From an uncultured archaeon (GTDB lineage: Archaea; Asgardarchaeota; Thorarchaeia; Thorarchaeales; Thorarchaeaceae): a stretch of DNA of 32,000 bases. The position numbers and the translations under genes were made by a program. The DNA lies in contig CAZYLT010000007.1 of assembly GCA_964648855.1 (NCBI GenBank), positions 60,001-92,000 on the forward strand, read 5' to 3'. Positions 1 to 8,642 of this stretch are shown one piece after another. Under the pieces are notes generated by a model. It was given only the letters and a program-made list of their open reading frames with translations. It searched no databases and was not told the origin of the DNA. Positions within the stretch are counted from its first letter, which is position 1, and each line of letters begins with the position of its first letter.

Positions 1-795
1 ACAGGAACACATGCCTTAAAGGGAGTGAACCTGGAGATTTATGAAAACGAGTTTACTGCAATATTGGGCCAGAATGGATCTGGCAAAACAACTTTAGTCA
101 AGCACTTCAATGGGCTGCTTGAACCCGGAGAAGGAGCGGTATATTTACGGGGAACCGATACTCAGGACATCCCAACGTATGAATTGGTTACTGATGTTGG
201 CTACGTGTTCCAAAACCCTGACCAACAGCTATTTTCAAGTAAAGTTTCCGATGAGCTCGAGTTCGGGCTGAAAAACATAGGAATGAAGAAGGACGATAGA
301 AAGAAACGAGTTCAAGAAGTCGCTCGTAGAATGGATATAGAAAACTTGCTGGATGAGCGCCCCTATTCATTGAGTAAGGGTGACCGACAGAGAGTTGTAA
401 TCACATCTATTCTGGCGCTAGACCCGGCCGTGATAATCGTTGACGAGCCCACAACTGGACAGGATCCCCGTCGACGCAGAGAGATTATGGATCTTATGAG
501 GGAATTGCATAAAGAAGGCAAAACGATAGTTGTCATAACGCACGACATGTCATTGGCTGCAGAATATGCAGAGCGATGTGTAATAATGCATGATGGCAAA
601 ATATTGCTAGATGGCACTCCTGAGGAGGTATTCATCCAAGTGGATCAACTAGAGATTACTCACCTTGCCCCCCCTGTAATGACGCAGCTATTCATGCGAT
701 TGAGCCAGAAGTTTGAGGTTCCCCCAGATATTCTCACAATCGACAAAGCAGCGAGTCTTTTGGAAGAAATCCTGAAAGAAGGAGGTCAACAATAG
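1..795 (+). CDS. ecfA: ECF transporter ATP-binding subunit (EcfA/CbiO family), 5'-truncated by the window edge
   Basis: Walker A GQNGSGKTT, Q-loop VFQNPDQQLF, signature LSKGDRQR, Walker B IIVDEPTTGQD, H-loop ITHDM. The frame is open back to base 1 (TGTHALKGVNL). Confidence 0.93.
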   Translation, partial: TGTHALKGVNLEIYENEFTAILGQNGSGKTTLVKHFNGLLEPGEGAVYLRGTDTQDIPTYELVTDVGYVFQNPDQQLFSSKVSDELEFGLKNIGMKKDDRKKRVQEVARRMDIENLLDERPYSLSKGDRQRVVITSILALDPAVIIVDEPTTGQDPRRRREIMDLMRELHKEGKTIVVITHDMSLAAEYAERCVIMHDGKILLDGTPEEVFIQVDQLEITHLAPPVMTQLFMRLSQKFEVPPDILTIDKAASLLEEILKEGGQQ

Positions 796-1722
796 ATGGC
801 AATGGAATATGTACCTGGTGATAGCATTCTTCATAGAATGGATCCTCGGACGAAGATCTTCATCTTCTTGTGTCTGGTAATACTAACAGTGGTTGTCTTC
901 GACCCGATAGTCTTTTTCATCATTCTCCTAATGACATTGGGAATGTATCGTATTGCTGGTATTCCTCGAGATAAACTGATGCTTGTTCTGAAGGCATCCC
1001 TGCCCGCAATGATTCTCTTTATTGTGGTCAATTACCTAACAGTACCCCCTGTGCCAGGCGATTATGTCTACTTCTATCTTATTCCATTCACGGAATTTGG
1101 CCCGGTGACGCTCCGGACAACATTGATAGGCATTTCAAGCGGTGAACGTTTTATCTTCTTCATCATTGTGACTCGACTGATTACTCTAGTCACCCCTGTT
1201 TCAGACTTATTGATTGCATTAGTGCGGCTACGGTTTCCGGTTGAGGTGGCCGTTTCGCTTGGAATTGCCTTTGCATCTGTTCCTCTGATGATCAACCAAT
1301 TCCGTACTGTGATTGAAGCGCAAAAATCAAGGGGTGCGAAATTTGATATTAGAAACCCCATTACAAAGATGAGGGCGTACGTTCCAGTTATTGTGCCTAG
1401 TATCTATCTAACGGTGCTCAGAGGTATTGATATCTCGAGAACCATTGAGTCTCGAGCATTCACCTTCGATCCTGCTAACCGAACCTTCAGGCAAGAGATC
1501 TCGTTCAAGGCCTTGGATTATGGTGTGCTTGCTCTAGCAGTCTTAACGACTCTGGGAATCGTTATACTGAGTGTGGTATATGGATGGTTCAACTACCAAT
1601 TCCTATACTACATCCTTCGACCAAACCTCATTCAGTGGATTATCGACATAGTGAATTGGATTATCGGCTGGCTGATTGCTCTTTTCAATCAGCTGCTCTC
1701 CTTCCTGGGAATTGGCGCATAA
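796..1722 (+). CDS. ecfT: ECF transporter transmembrane component T (EcfT/CbiQ)
   Basis: N-terminal YVPGDSILHRMDPRTK, several TM segments, two X-Arg-X coupling motifs (AQKSRG, IESRAF). GGAGGT SD at 781-786. Confidence 0.92.
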   Translation: MAMEYVPGDSILHRMDPRTKIFIFLCLVILTVVVFDPIVFFIILLMTLGMYRIAGIPRDKLMLVLKASLPAMILFIVVNYLTVPPVPGDYVYFYLIPFTEFGPVTLRTTLIGISSGERFIFFIIVTRLITLVTPVSDLLIALVRLRFPVEVAVSLGIAFASVPLMINQFRTVIEAQKSRGAKFDIRNPITKMRAYVPVIVPSIYLTVLRGIDISRTIESRAFTFDPANRTFRQEISFKALDYGVLALAVLTTLGIVILSVVYGWFNYQFLYYILRPNLIQWIIDIVNWIIGWLIALFNQLLSFLGIGA

Positions 1723-1771
1723 GGCCTTGGTGGGTCACCGGCGCCGCAATCTTCAGAGGATGGTATAGAAA

Positions 1772-2452
1772 ATGGGACCTGAATTAAGGATTGGAGTTAT
1801 TCGCGTCGTTACTACAGACGATTGGGGCTTCCTCAGAACACATGCTCGATTAATCTCCGACTTCATCCGAGACCCCAATTTGCGGTTGACGACTGATAGA
1901 ATTAACGGATTTCCGAATGGCATTCCGAATGAGGAAGAAGAAGCTCGTGCAATCCCTTACGTAATCGAAACTGCTAATCGAATGCTCAAAAAGGAGGACT
2001 TGGATGCTCTATTCGTGAGCTGTGCAGCAGACCCGGGAGTATCTGAGCTCCAAGACGAGCTTCAGATACCAGTTGTTGGAGCTGGACGGACCTCTGCCTG
2101 TGTAGCTAGATCGCTGGGATTTCCAATCGGTATCCTCGGAATAGACGAGAATGTACCCGGTGTGGTCGCTGATGCATTGGGCCGAACGACTTGGAGTTAC
2201 CGAAAGCCCGAAGATGTTGAAACAACACTTGATATCAATAAATCATTGGACAAGTATATCGACTTGGCACATAGATTAGTTGATGAAGATGACGCTAAAG
2301 TGATCCTCTTAGCGTGTACGGGTCTATCTACCGCACGGCTCGCTCCCAGAATCCAGAATGAAATACATATCCCGGTTGTGGACCCAGTTCTTTCATCTGG
2401 GCTAGTTACCTACTATGCAGCACGAGGAAATCAGATTGAGAAAGGAGAATGA
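1772..2452 (+). CDS. Asp/Glu/hydantoin racemase family protein
   Basis: Two catalytic-type Cys motifs (VSCAADPG, LACTGLS) and IPVVDPV near the C-terminus. Confidence 0.88.
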   Translation: MGPELRIGVIRVVTTDDWGFLRTHARLISDFIRDPNLRLTTDRINGFPNGIPNEEEEARAIPYVIETANRMLKKEDLDALFVSCAADPGVSELQDELQIPVVGAGRTSACVARSLGFPIGILGIDENVPGVVADALGRTTWSYRKPEDVETTLDINKSLDKYIDLAHRLVDEDDAKVILLACTGLSTARLAPRIQNEIHIPVVDPVLSSGLVTYYAARGNQIEKGE

Positions 2453-2458
2453 AGTATC

Positions 2459-3391
2459 ATGTCATGTATGAAACAAATTATCGAAATTATGGACCTTATA
2501 GACCACCCGGAAATAGATGGTGAAGCAGTCAAGAACTTCTTGATTCCGTTTGGAGTGGATAATATAGACATAGTCAGACTCAAGGGTGATAAGGGAAAAA
2601 CCGATGTTGTGAAGGTTCTCATTCCCGGAAAAAAGGGCAAGCATAATGGCGGGGATGCCCCCACACTTGGTATTGTAGGACAATTGGGTGGTATTGGAGC
2701 TCGACCAGAGGTGCTTGGTTTGGTTTCCGATGCAGATGGAGCCATTGTTGCCTTGGCTGATGCGATGAAGCTGGCGACATCCGCCAATCGAGGTGACTTA
2801 CTAAAGGGAGATGTTTTGATTACGACCCATGTTGCACCAGATGCACCTACGTTGCCTCATGATCCTGTGCCTTTCATGATATCCCCCGTTCCCATCATGG
2901 ACGTATTGAGAGAGCTTGTTGATGACAGGATGGATGCTATACTCTCTGTTGATGCGACGAAAGGAAACCGCGTTATCAAGACTGAAGGATTTGCAATAAC
3001 TCCTACTGTGAAAGATGGTTGGATTCTGAAGGTAAGTGATGACCTTATCAACATCTACGAGCGTGTGATGGGCAGAGCGGCTGCTGTTGCCCCGATAACA
3101 ATGCAGGATATTACCCCTTACGGAAATGACGTCTATCATATCAACTCAATAATGCAGCCTTGGGTTATGTCTTCAGCCCCCCTTGTCGGAGTTGCAACTA
3201 CAGCCAATGTACCAGTTCCTGGCAGTGGTGGTGGAGCTAACTATGTCAGCGGATTGGAAAGCGCAGCACGATTTTGTGTTGAAGTAGCACGAGATTATAC
3301 CAGTGGCGATTGCAAATTCTATAGGAAGGATGAACTCGATATTCTCTTGGATAGATACGGAGAGATGGCTTCAAAGCTCCGGAGAATGTAA
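2459..3391 (+). CDS. DUF1177 family protein
   Basis: Family motifs APTLGIVGQLGGIGARPE, GLVSDADGA, PHDPVPFM, DATKGNR, QDITPYGNDVYHINSIMQP; adjacent to AroM. Confidence 0.88.
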   Translation: MSCMKQIIEIMDLIDHPEIDGEAVKNFLIPFGVDNIDIVRLKGDKGKTDVVKVLIPGKKGKHNGGDAPTLGIVGQLGGIGARPEVLGLVSDADGAIVALADAMKLATSANRGDLLKGDVLITTHVAPDAPTLPHDPVPFMISPVPIMDVLRELVDDRMDAILSVDATKGNRVIKTEGFAITPTVKDGWILKVSDDLINIYERVMGRAAAVAPITMQDITPYGNDVYHINSIMQPWVMSSAPLVGVATTANVPVPGSGGGANYVSGLESAARFCVEVARDYTSGDCKFYRKDELDILLDRYGEMASKLRRM

Positions 3392-3415
3392 TCAATAGAA
3401 ATGGAGGGTGAGTGA

Positions 3416-4084
3416 ATGAGAAGGGTCGCAATGATAACCATTGGGCAGTCTCCACGAACTGACGTAATGACGGATGTAGAACCGATTCTTGGACCCAATA
3501 TTGAAACTCTCCACTGTGGGGCACTTGACGACCTCTCGTTGGAGGAAATAAAGGCTCTAGAGCCCTCTCCAGGAGAGGAGCTTCTGGTCACTCGATTGAG
3601 AGATGGGACAGAAGTAAAACTGGGACACTCAAAAATAGTTGACAAGATGAATCAATGTATTGAAAAGATAGAGCCAGAAGTTGACTCCATCGCTATTCTC
3701 TGCACTGGAGAGTTTCCCGAGCTCCAATCAGAGAAGATTATGCTGAAACCATCGGAATTGATGACGCGCATATTGGAGAGCATTCTGCAATCAGGGAGGC
3801 TGGGCGTTTTGATACCGAATGCTGCACAGAAAGAAGTCGTGATTAAGAAATGGAAACGAAACAACCTCGAAGTATGTGTACAAGCTCTCTCGCCTTATCA
3901 AGAGCAAGATAAGGACGAAATTGAGAAAATTGCAGAATGGTTCAAAAACAAAGATGTAGACCTGGTTGCGCTTGATTGTATCGGGTATAGTGACGAGCTG
4001 AGCGCTTTCATGAAGAGAGAGGTCGGCGTGCCTACTCTTCTGTCACGTACTATTCTTGCTAGAGTTATTAGAGAGCTCCTTTGA
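3416..4084 (+). CDS. aroM: AroM family protein
   Basis: TIGQSPRTDV, LLVTRLRDG, ILCTGEFP, ALSPY, LDCIGY motifs. GGAGGGTGA SD upstream. Confidence 0.88.
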   Translation: MRRVAMITIGQSPRTDVMTDVEPILGPNIETLHCGALDDLSLEEIKALEPSPGEELLVTRLRDGTEVKLGHSKIVDKMNQCIEKIEPEVDSIAILCTGEFPELQSEKIMLKPSELMTRILESILQSGRLGVLIPNAAQKEVVIKKWKRNNLEVCVQALSPYQEQDKDEIEKIAEWFKNKDVDLVALDCIGYSDELSAFMKREVGVPTLLSRTILARVIRELL

Positions 4085-4132
4085 GTGATTGCCCATTTGA
4101 GCTCTCTATCATGACGAAATATCTAGGGCCGT

Positions 4133-5380
4133 TTATGACAAGTAGTCGAGGATTACGCCAGTGTAGACCTTCGTTGCCTGCACTACGTCATCAGCTTTGA
4201 CTTTTTCATCGATTCCATGGATTCCCTCGATTATCGCTGGGCCGTAATGCACAGTATCAATCCCTCGATTCCTGAAATGCCTTGCATCACTTGAAGCCCA
4301 TTGCGTGAATATTCGAGGCTCTCTGCCAAGAACCCTCTCAACATTCTCCATTGTCGAGGTGACTATGGGGGCATCAGGTGCTGTGTAATTGGGATCAATT
4401 GCCGTGCCAATATCTAGCACTGCATCATCACCAAAGTCCTCCAAGATTCCTTCCATACGTTCAGATGCTTTGCTGACATCAAAACCGATGGGCAATCGCA
4501 TGTCAAATTCGAGTTCACACCTGTCAGGAACAATATTCACCTTATTGCCTCCTCTTATTATGCCGATGTTCAATGTGGGTGAACTGAGGATTACGCCAAC
4601 CCCTTCTTCACCAATCAGATCCTCAATGAGAGGCTTTGATTCCTCAATGACCTTTTTGATGTCCTTTGGAGCCTTAACGTCGACCTTCGTTATATCGAAC
4701 ATTTTTTCCATTACCTTGCAAGCTTTTCGAATGGCACTGTCGCCTTTGTACGGTGAAAGGCTGCCGTGAATTGGAGTGCCCTTCACTACTACCATTCCCC
4801 AATAGGCTCCTTTCTGCCCGATGTCAATCAAAGGCAGGTCAGTAGGTTCTGCAATAACGCATGCGGTCGGGTCAATCAACTTTTCATCGAGAATCCATCC
4901 TGTTCCTAATTCTCCCATCGTTTCTTCATCCGGAACAAGAGTAAGTGTTACTGTGCCTTCCAATTCGTCTTCATAGTCAACAAGAAGTCTCATGGCACTG
5001 ATAATACCCGTATCTCCTCCCTTCATGTCGCTTGCGCCGCGACCAAGAAGGAAACCGTCCTTCACCTCGCCACTGAACGGTGGGAAGCTCCAATCATCTT
5101 TGTCTCCGACGGGCACTACGTCCAGATGCCCGTTTAGAACAAGCCGTTTTTCCTTGCCCGCCCCAAGTTTGCAAATAATGTTGATTTTACCAGACTCAGG
5201 CTCATGGGTTTCACAATCCAGTCCATAGTCTGAAAGGTATTCAACAACGAAACCTGCAATTTCCGTCATATCTCCCGGTGGGTTCTCACTGGGAAATCTG
5301 ATTAAATCTCCAGCCAATTCAAGAATCTCATCATGTTCTTCATCTATTTTCTTCCAGATTTTATCCTTCGATGTACTCAT
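4133..5380 (-). CDS. M20 family metallo-amidohydrolase (ArgE/DapE-like)
   Basis: NGHLDVVP, GRGASDMKGG, PDEE, IAEP and C-terminal IHGIDE metal-ligand motifs. Confidence 0.92.
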   Translation of the reverse strand: MSTSKDKIWKKIDEEHDEILELAGDLIRFPSENPPGDMTEIAGFVVEYLSDYGLDCETHEPESGKINIICKLGAGKEKRLVLNGHLDVVPVGDKDDWSFPPFSGEVKDGFLLGRGASDMKGGDTGIISAMRLLVDYEDELEGTVTLTLVPDEETMGELGTGWILDEKLIDPTACVIAEPTDLPLIDIGQKGAYWGMVVVKGTPIHGSLSPYKGDSAIRKACKVMEKMFDITKVDVKAPKDIKKVIEESKPLIEDLIGEEGVGVILSSPTLNIGIIRGGNKVNIVPDRCELEFDMRLPIGFDVSKASERMEGILEDFGDDAVLDIGTAIDPNYTAPDAPIVTSTMENVERVLGREPRIFTQWASSDARHFRNRGIDTVHYGPAIIEGIHGIDEKVKADDVVQATKVYTGVILDYLS

Positions 5381-5637
5381 TTCACATCTCTCATTCTGAG
5401 CTGAGTTGCAGTTAATACTAAGCTCCCGTAGTCAATAAAGCCTACTATGTAACGATGTGAAGGATTATGGCGGACAACCACATCCAGAATTGCCATTATT
5501 TGAATGAGAATTGTGTGGTTTTCGTTCATCCTCACGATTCCGACAGCCTTAAGACATGGATGGCTGATGTTGCATAAATTAACCAAACACATTGGGAGCT
5601 GTGCTATCGAACAGATTTCTCCCATGGAGGAAATGAA

Positions 5638-6804
5638 ATGGCTAGAAAAGTTGCAGTAGTGGCCGCGGGCCACGCCAAATTCGGAAAACGCTTCGATGCA
5701 ACAATGAGAGAACTCTGTGCAGAGGCCTATAGACCTATCTATGAGGACGGCATAACGCAAGATCGGATTGACGCATCTGTCCTGTCTTATGCTGCTTCTC
5801 AGTTTACTGGACAGGGTGCTGGGTCTGCATTGATTGCTGACTATCTTGGAATAGATGACAAACCTCACCTCAGAGTCGAGTCTGCTTGTACAACAGGAAC
5901 CGCCTCTCTGAGAGCGGCATGGGGAATGGTTGCAGCAGGACTCTACGATGTTATGCTTGTGGTTGGAGTCGAACAGATGAACAGAGTTTCATCAGCAACC
6001 GCAACCGAATATATGTCGCAAGCAGGCGATATGAGATGGGAGTATCCATATGGCATATCATTCCCGGCCTTTTACGCTCTGATGGCATCACGATATATGC
6101 ATGAATACGACTTGCCACACGAAGTCTTGTCTATGATTGCTGTGAAGTCGCACCATTATGGTGCGCAGAATCCAAAGGCTCATCTGCCACGTGAAGTTTC
6201 ACTGGAAGAGGCACATAATTCAGTTCCAATCGCAAGACCACTGAATCTCTATGATTGTAGCCTTATCTCTGACGGTGCCGCAGCATGCGTTATTGCTGCT
6301 GAGGATAGAGTCAAGGAGTTCACAAATGAACCCATGTGGATCAAAGGAATCGGTGCAGGTGCATCAGCAATGATGGTCCAGGATCGAGACTCGCTTACTT
6401 CAATACCTGGCGCAGTTAGGGCTGGCAAAGCCGCGTATGAGATGGCAGGGGTTGGACCAGAAGATATCGACATGGCGCAGGTACATGATTGCTTCACCAT
6501 CGCTGAATTGATTGCTTACGAAGACCTTGGGTTTGCTGAGCCGGGTAAGGGTCGTGAACTCATTGAGAACAAAGAGGTTTATCATGACGGAAAGATTCCC
6601 GTCAACTGTGATGGTGGATTGAAGAGCAAAGGTCATCCGCTAGGTGCAACAGGGGTCTCTATGACTTATGAGATTCTGAAGCAGATGAGAGGAGAAGCAG
6701 AGGAACAATCGAGACAGATTGATGATGTTCAATTAGGTCTCGCCCACAATGTTGGCCAATCTGGGCAATTCGTGAACGTCTTTATCTTTGAGAGGGGATG
6801 GTAA
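5638..6804 (+). CDS. Thiolase domain protein, archaeal SCP2-type (acetyl-CoA C-acyltransferase)
   Basis: VESACTTG, SDGAAA, QVHDCF, KGHPLGATG, AHNVG motifs. GGAGG SD at 5626-5630. Confidence 0.93.
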   Translation: MARKVAVVAAGHAKFGKRFDATMRELCAEAYRPIYEDGITQDRIDASVLSYAASQFTGQGAGSALIADYLGIDDKPHLRVESACTTGTASLRAAWGMVAAGLYDVMLVVGVEQMNRVSSATATEYMSQAGDMRWEYPYGISFPAFYALMASRYMHEYDLPHEVLSMIAVKSHHYGAQNPKAHLPREVSLEEAHNSVPIARPLNLYDCSLISDGAAACVIAAEDRVKEFTNEPMWIKGIGAGASAMMVQDRDSLTSIPGAVRAGKAAYEMAGVGPEDIDMAQVHDCFTIAELIAYEDLGFAEPGKGRELIENKEVYHDGKIPVNCDGGLKSKGHPLGATGVSMTYEILKQMRGEAEEQSRQIDDVQLGLAHNVGQSGQFVNVFIFERGW

Positions 6805-6806
6805 AT

Positions 6807-7223
6807 ATGGCAGAAGAAAAAGAACTCTATCTCGGATATGCGACAGACAAAGCAGTGACTCCGTTCCTGCAGAAATTCTTAGAAGCTCTAGATGAAGAGC
6901 GGCTAATGAAAAGCGTCTGTCCCGAATGTGGAGCTGAATATCTCCCACCGAGAGAACATTGCCAGAAGGACCTGAGTACATGTGAACTCGAGGAATTCAC
7001 CGAGCGAGAGGCAAAACTAAGATCATATGTTATCGTAGATTTTGCTCCTGAGAGCTTGGCGTCGAAGGCTCCATATGTCGTAGGAATCGGTGAGTTTCCA
7101 TCCGGGTGTCGACTGACGGCTCATATTACGAACCTCATGTCGCAGCCCGAAGTGGGCATGGATTTGAAACTCGCGTTCGAAACGGTTGATAAGCACAAAA
7201 TAACCTACAAATGGCTTGTGTAG
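6807..7223 (+). CDS. DUF35 Zn-ribbon/OB-fold acyl-CoA-binding protein (thiolase partner)
   Basis: CPECG..YLPPREHCQKD ribbon, APYVVGIGEF and EVGMDLKLAF OB-fold motifs; directly after the thiolase. Alternative start at 6798. Confidence 0.9.
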   Translation: MAEEKELYLGYATDKAVTPFLQKFLEALDEERLMKSVCPECGAEYLPPREHCQKDLSTCELEEFTEREAKLRSYVIVDFAPESLASKAPYVVGIGEFPSGCRLTAHITNLMSQPEVGMDLKLAFETVDKHKITYKWLV

Positions 7224-7230
7224 AACCACA

Positions 7231-7261
7231 AGGGGGATTTTCCCCCTCCAATTTTCTTTTT
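7231..7261 (+). terminator. Hairpin plus T-tract terminator between convergent genes
   Basis: AGGGGGA-TTT-TCCCCCT (7231-7247) followed by CCAATTTTCTTTTT. Confidence 0.65.
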
Positions 7262-7598
7262 ATGACCCTCGGACACTAGACTCGAGAACGCCAGCCCATT
7301 TCGTAAGTAGCGCGACTGCGTTCAGAGTCTGCAGATAGAGCTTGGAGGCCGCGATTTGGTCACAGCTATCTAATTGTTCTAGTGCCCCATCAATAATCTC
7401 GGCAGCGTCAAGAATTCTGCGTCTTCCTTCATTTCTACGGTAATCTGAGAAAATCAAATAATCAGGCTCTTCTTTTTTCCAGGCTTTCTCAAAGAGATGC
7501 TCTTCTCGAATTGCAGTCTTCAATTCATACGAACTGATGAGCGAATTCTTCATTACTTGCAATGATTTTCTCAGAGCATCAGTTCTCAGATTCCGCAT
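7260..7598 (-). CDS. Hypothetical helical protein (about 112 aa)
   Basis: Fills the gap between convergent and divergent neighbours; ATG at 7598 preceded by GTGAGG SD; protein-like composition. Confidence 0.7.
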   Translation of the reverse strand: MRNLRTDALRKSLQVMKNSLISSYELKTAIREEHLFEKAWKKEEPDYLIFSDYRRNEGRRRILDAAEIIDGALEQLDSCDQIAASKLYLQTLNAVALLTKWAGVLESSVRGS

Positions 7599-7767
7599 TA
7601 TCCTCACATCGTTGCGCTGTTTCTGCAAAATTGGACAGCATACTCCCAAATAAGGTTAGAGGGCGACACTCTGCTTTTGTTTAGACCTATTATTTCGCTT
7701 ATCTTCTGCTATGACAATGCACTTGAGAACGCTTATTTAGAGGAAACCACTACTCGATGTCAGTTAA

Positions 7768-8568
7768 ATGGAGGAGAATAAATTGTCAGAGAATGAAGTC
7801 CTCTACAGTGTCGATGGTGCAATAGCCACAGTCACCATTAACCGACCCAAGAAATACAATGCCCTCAATACCTTTGTTGTGCAAGAATTGACAAAAGCCA
7901 TGAAAAAGGCGGAAGATGATGACACGGTCAGAGTAGTCATCCTTACTGGTACAGGAGAAAAAGCATTTGCCGCTGGAGCTGATATCAATGAATTTCGGGA
8001 TAAGGATTCGAAGACAGTACGACCCTTGGCTGAAGCAGGTCAGAATCTTTGCACCGAAATAGAATCCATGACAAAGCCTGTGATTGCTTGTGTGAATGGC
8101 TTCGCTTTGGGAGGCGGTTGTGAGATTGCCATGGCTTGCGACATCCGGTATGCTTCAACCAATGCTCGTTTTGGACAGCCCGAGATTAATCTCGGCATTA
8201 TCCCCGGGTTCGGTGGGACTGTGAGGTTACCGAGACTCGTAGGTCTTGGAAAGGCTAAAGAACTGGTGTTTAGTGGAGAGCAGATAATTGCTGAAGAGGC
8301 AAAACGTTTGGGTCTAGTAAATGAAGTATTTGAATCAGTAGACAAACTAAGAGAAGAAACAACTGATTTTGCCCAAGACCTGGCCGAGAAGCCTGGGGTG
8401 GCAATCAAGCTAGCTAAGAAGTCCTTGAATGCTGCATGGATTCTGCCTGTTGCTAAGAATCTTGAATTGGAAGTTGACCTCTTCACTGAAGTCTTCGATA
8501 CTGAAGACAAAGATGAAGGCGTGGATGCATTTCTATCGAAGCGTGAACCAGATTTTTCACACAAATAG
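7768..8568 (+). CDS. Enoyl-CoA hydratase/isomerase (crotonase family)
   Basis: INRPKKYNAL, FAAGADI, GFALGGGCE, FGQPEINLGIIPGFGGT; both catalytic Glu present. Confidence 0.95.
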   Translation: MEENKLSENEVLYSVDGAIATVTINRPKKYNALNTFVVQELTKAMKKAEDDDTVRVVILTGTGEKAFAAGADINEFRDKDSKTVRPLAEAGQNLCTEIESMTKPVIACVNGFALGGGCEIAMACDIRYASTNARFGQPEINLGIIPGFGGTVRLPRLVGLGKAKELVFSGEQIIAEEAKRLGLVNEVFESVDKLREETTDFAQDLAEKPGVAIKLAKKSLNAAWILPVAKNLELEVDLFTEVFDTEDKDEGVDAFLSKREPDFSHK

Positions 8569-8589
8569 ACTGTTGCTACCAAATTCGCT

Positions 8590-8614
8590 GAGTGGGCTAT
8601 ACAAATGCCCACTT
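8590..8614. terminator. Hairpin between convergent genes
   Basis: AGTGGGC-TATACAAAT-GCCCACT 7-bp stem in a 74-bp convergent gap. Confidence 0.45.
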
Positions 8615-8642
8615 ACTCCCTCTAGGTGGAATTGCTGAAATT

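Noticed and set aside
781-798. In-frame TAG between ecfA and ecfT (also TAA at 31399-31401 before mazG), suggesting pyrrolysine or readthrough
   Set aside because: Each downstream gene has its own start and SD-like motif and is a complete family member; this is simple tight packing.
5377-5868. 163-aa minus-strand ORF and other long antisense ORFs (e.g. 8040-8612, 13215-13886, 24947-25390, 28700-29194, 29945-30421)
   Set aside because: They overlap well-supported genes on the opposite strand and have no recognisable motifs, so they are shadow ORFs.
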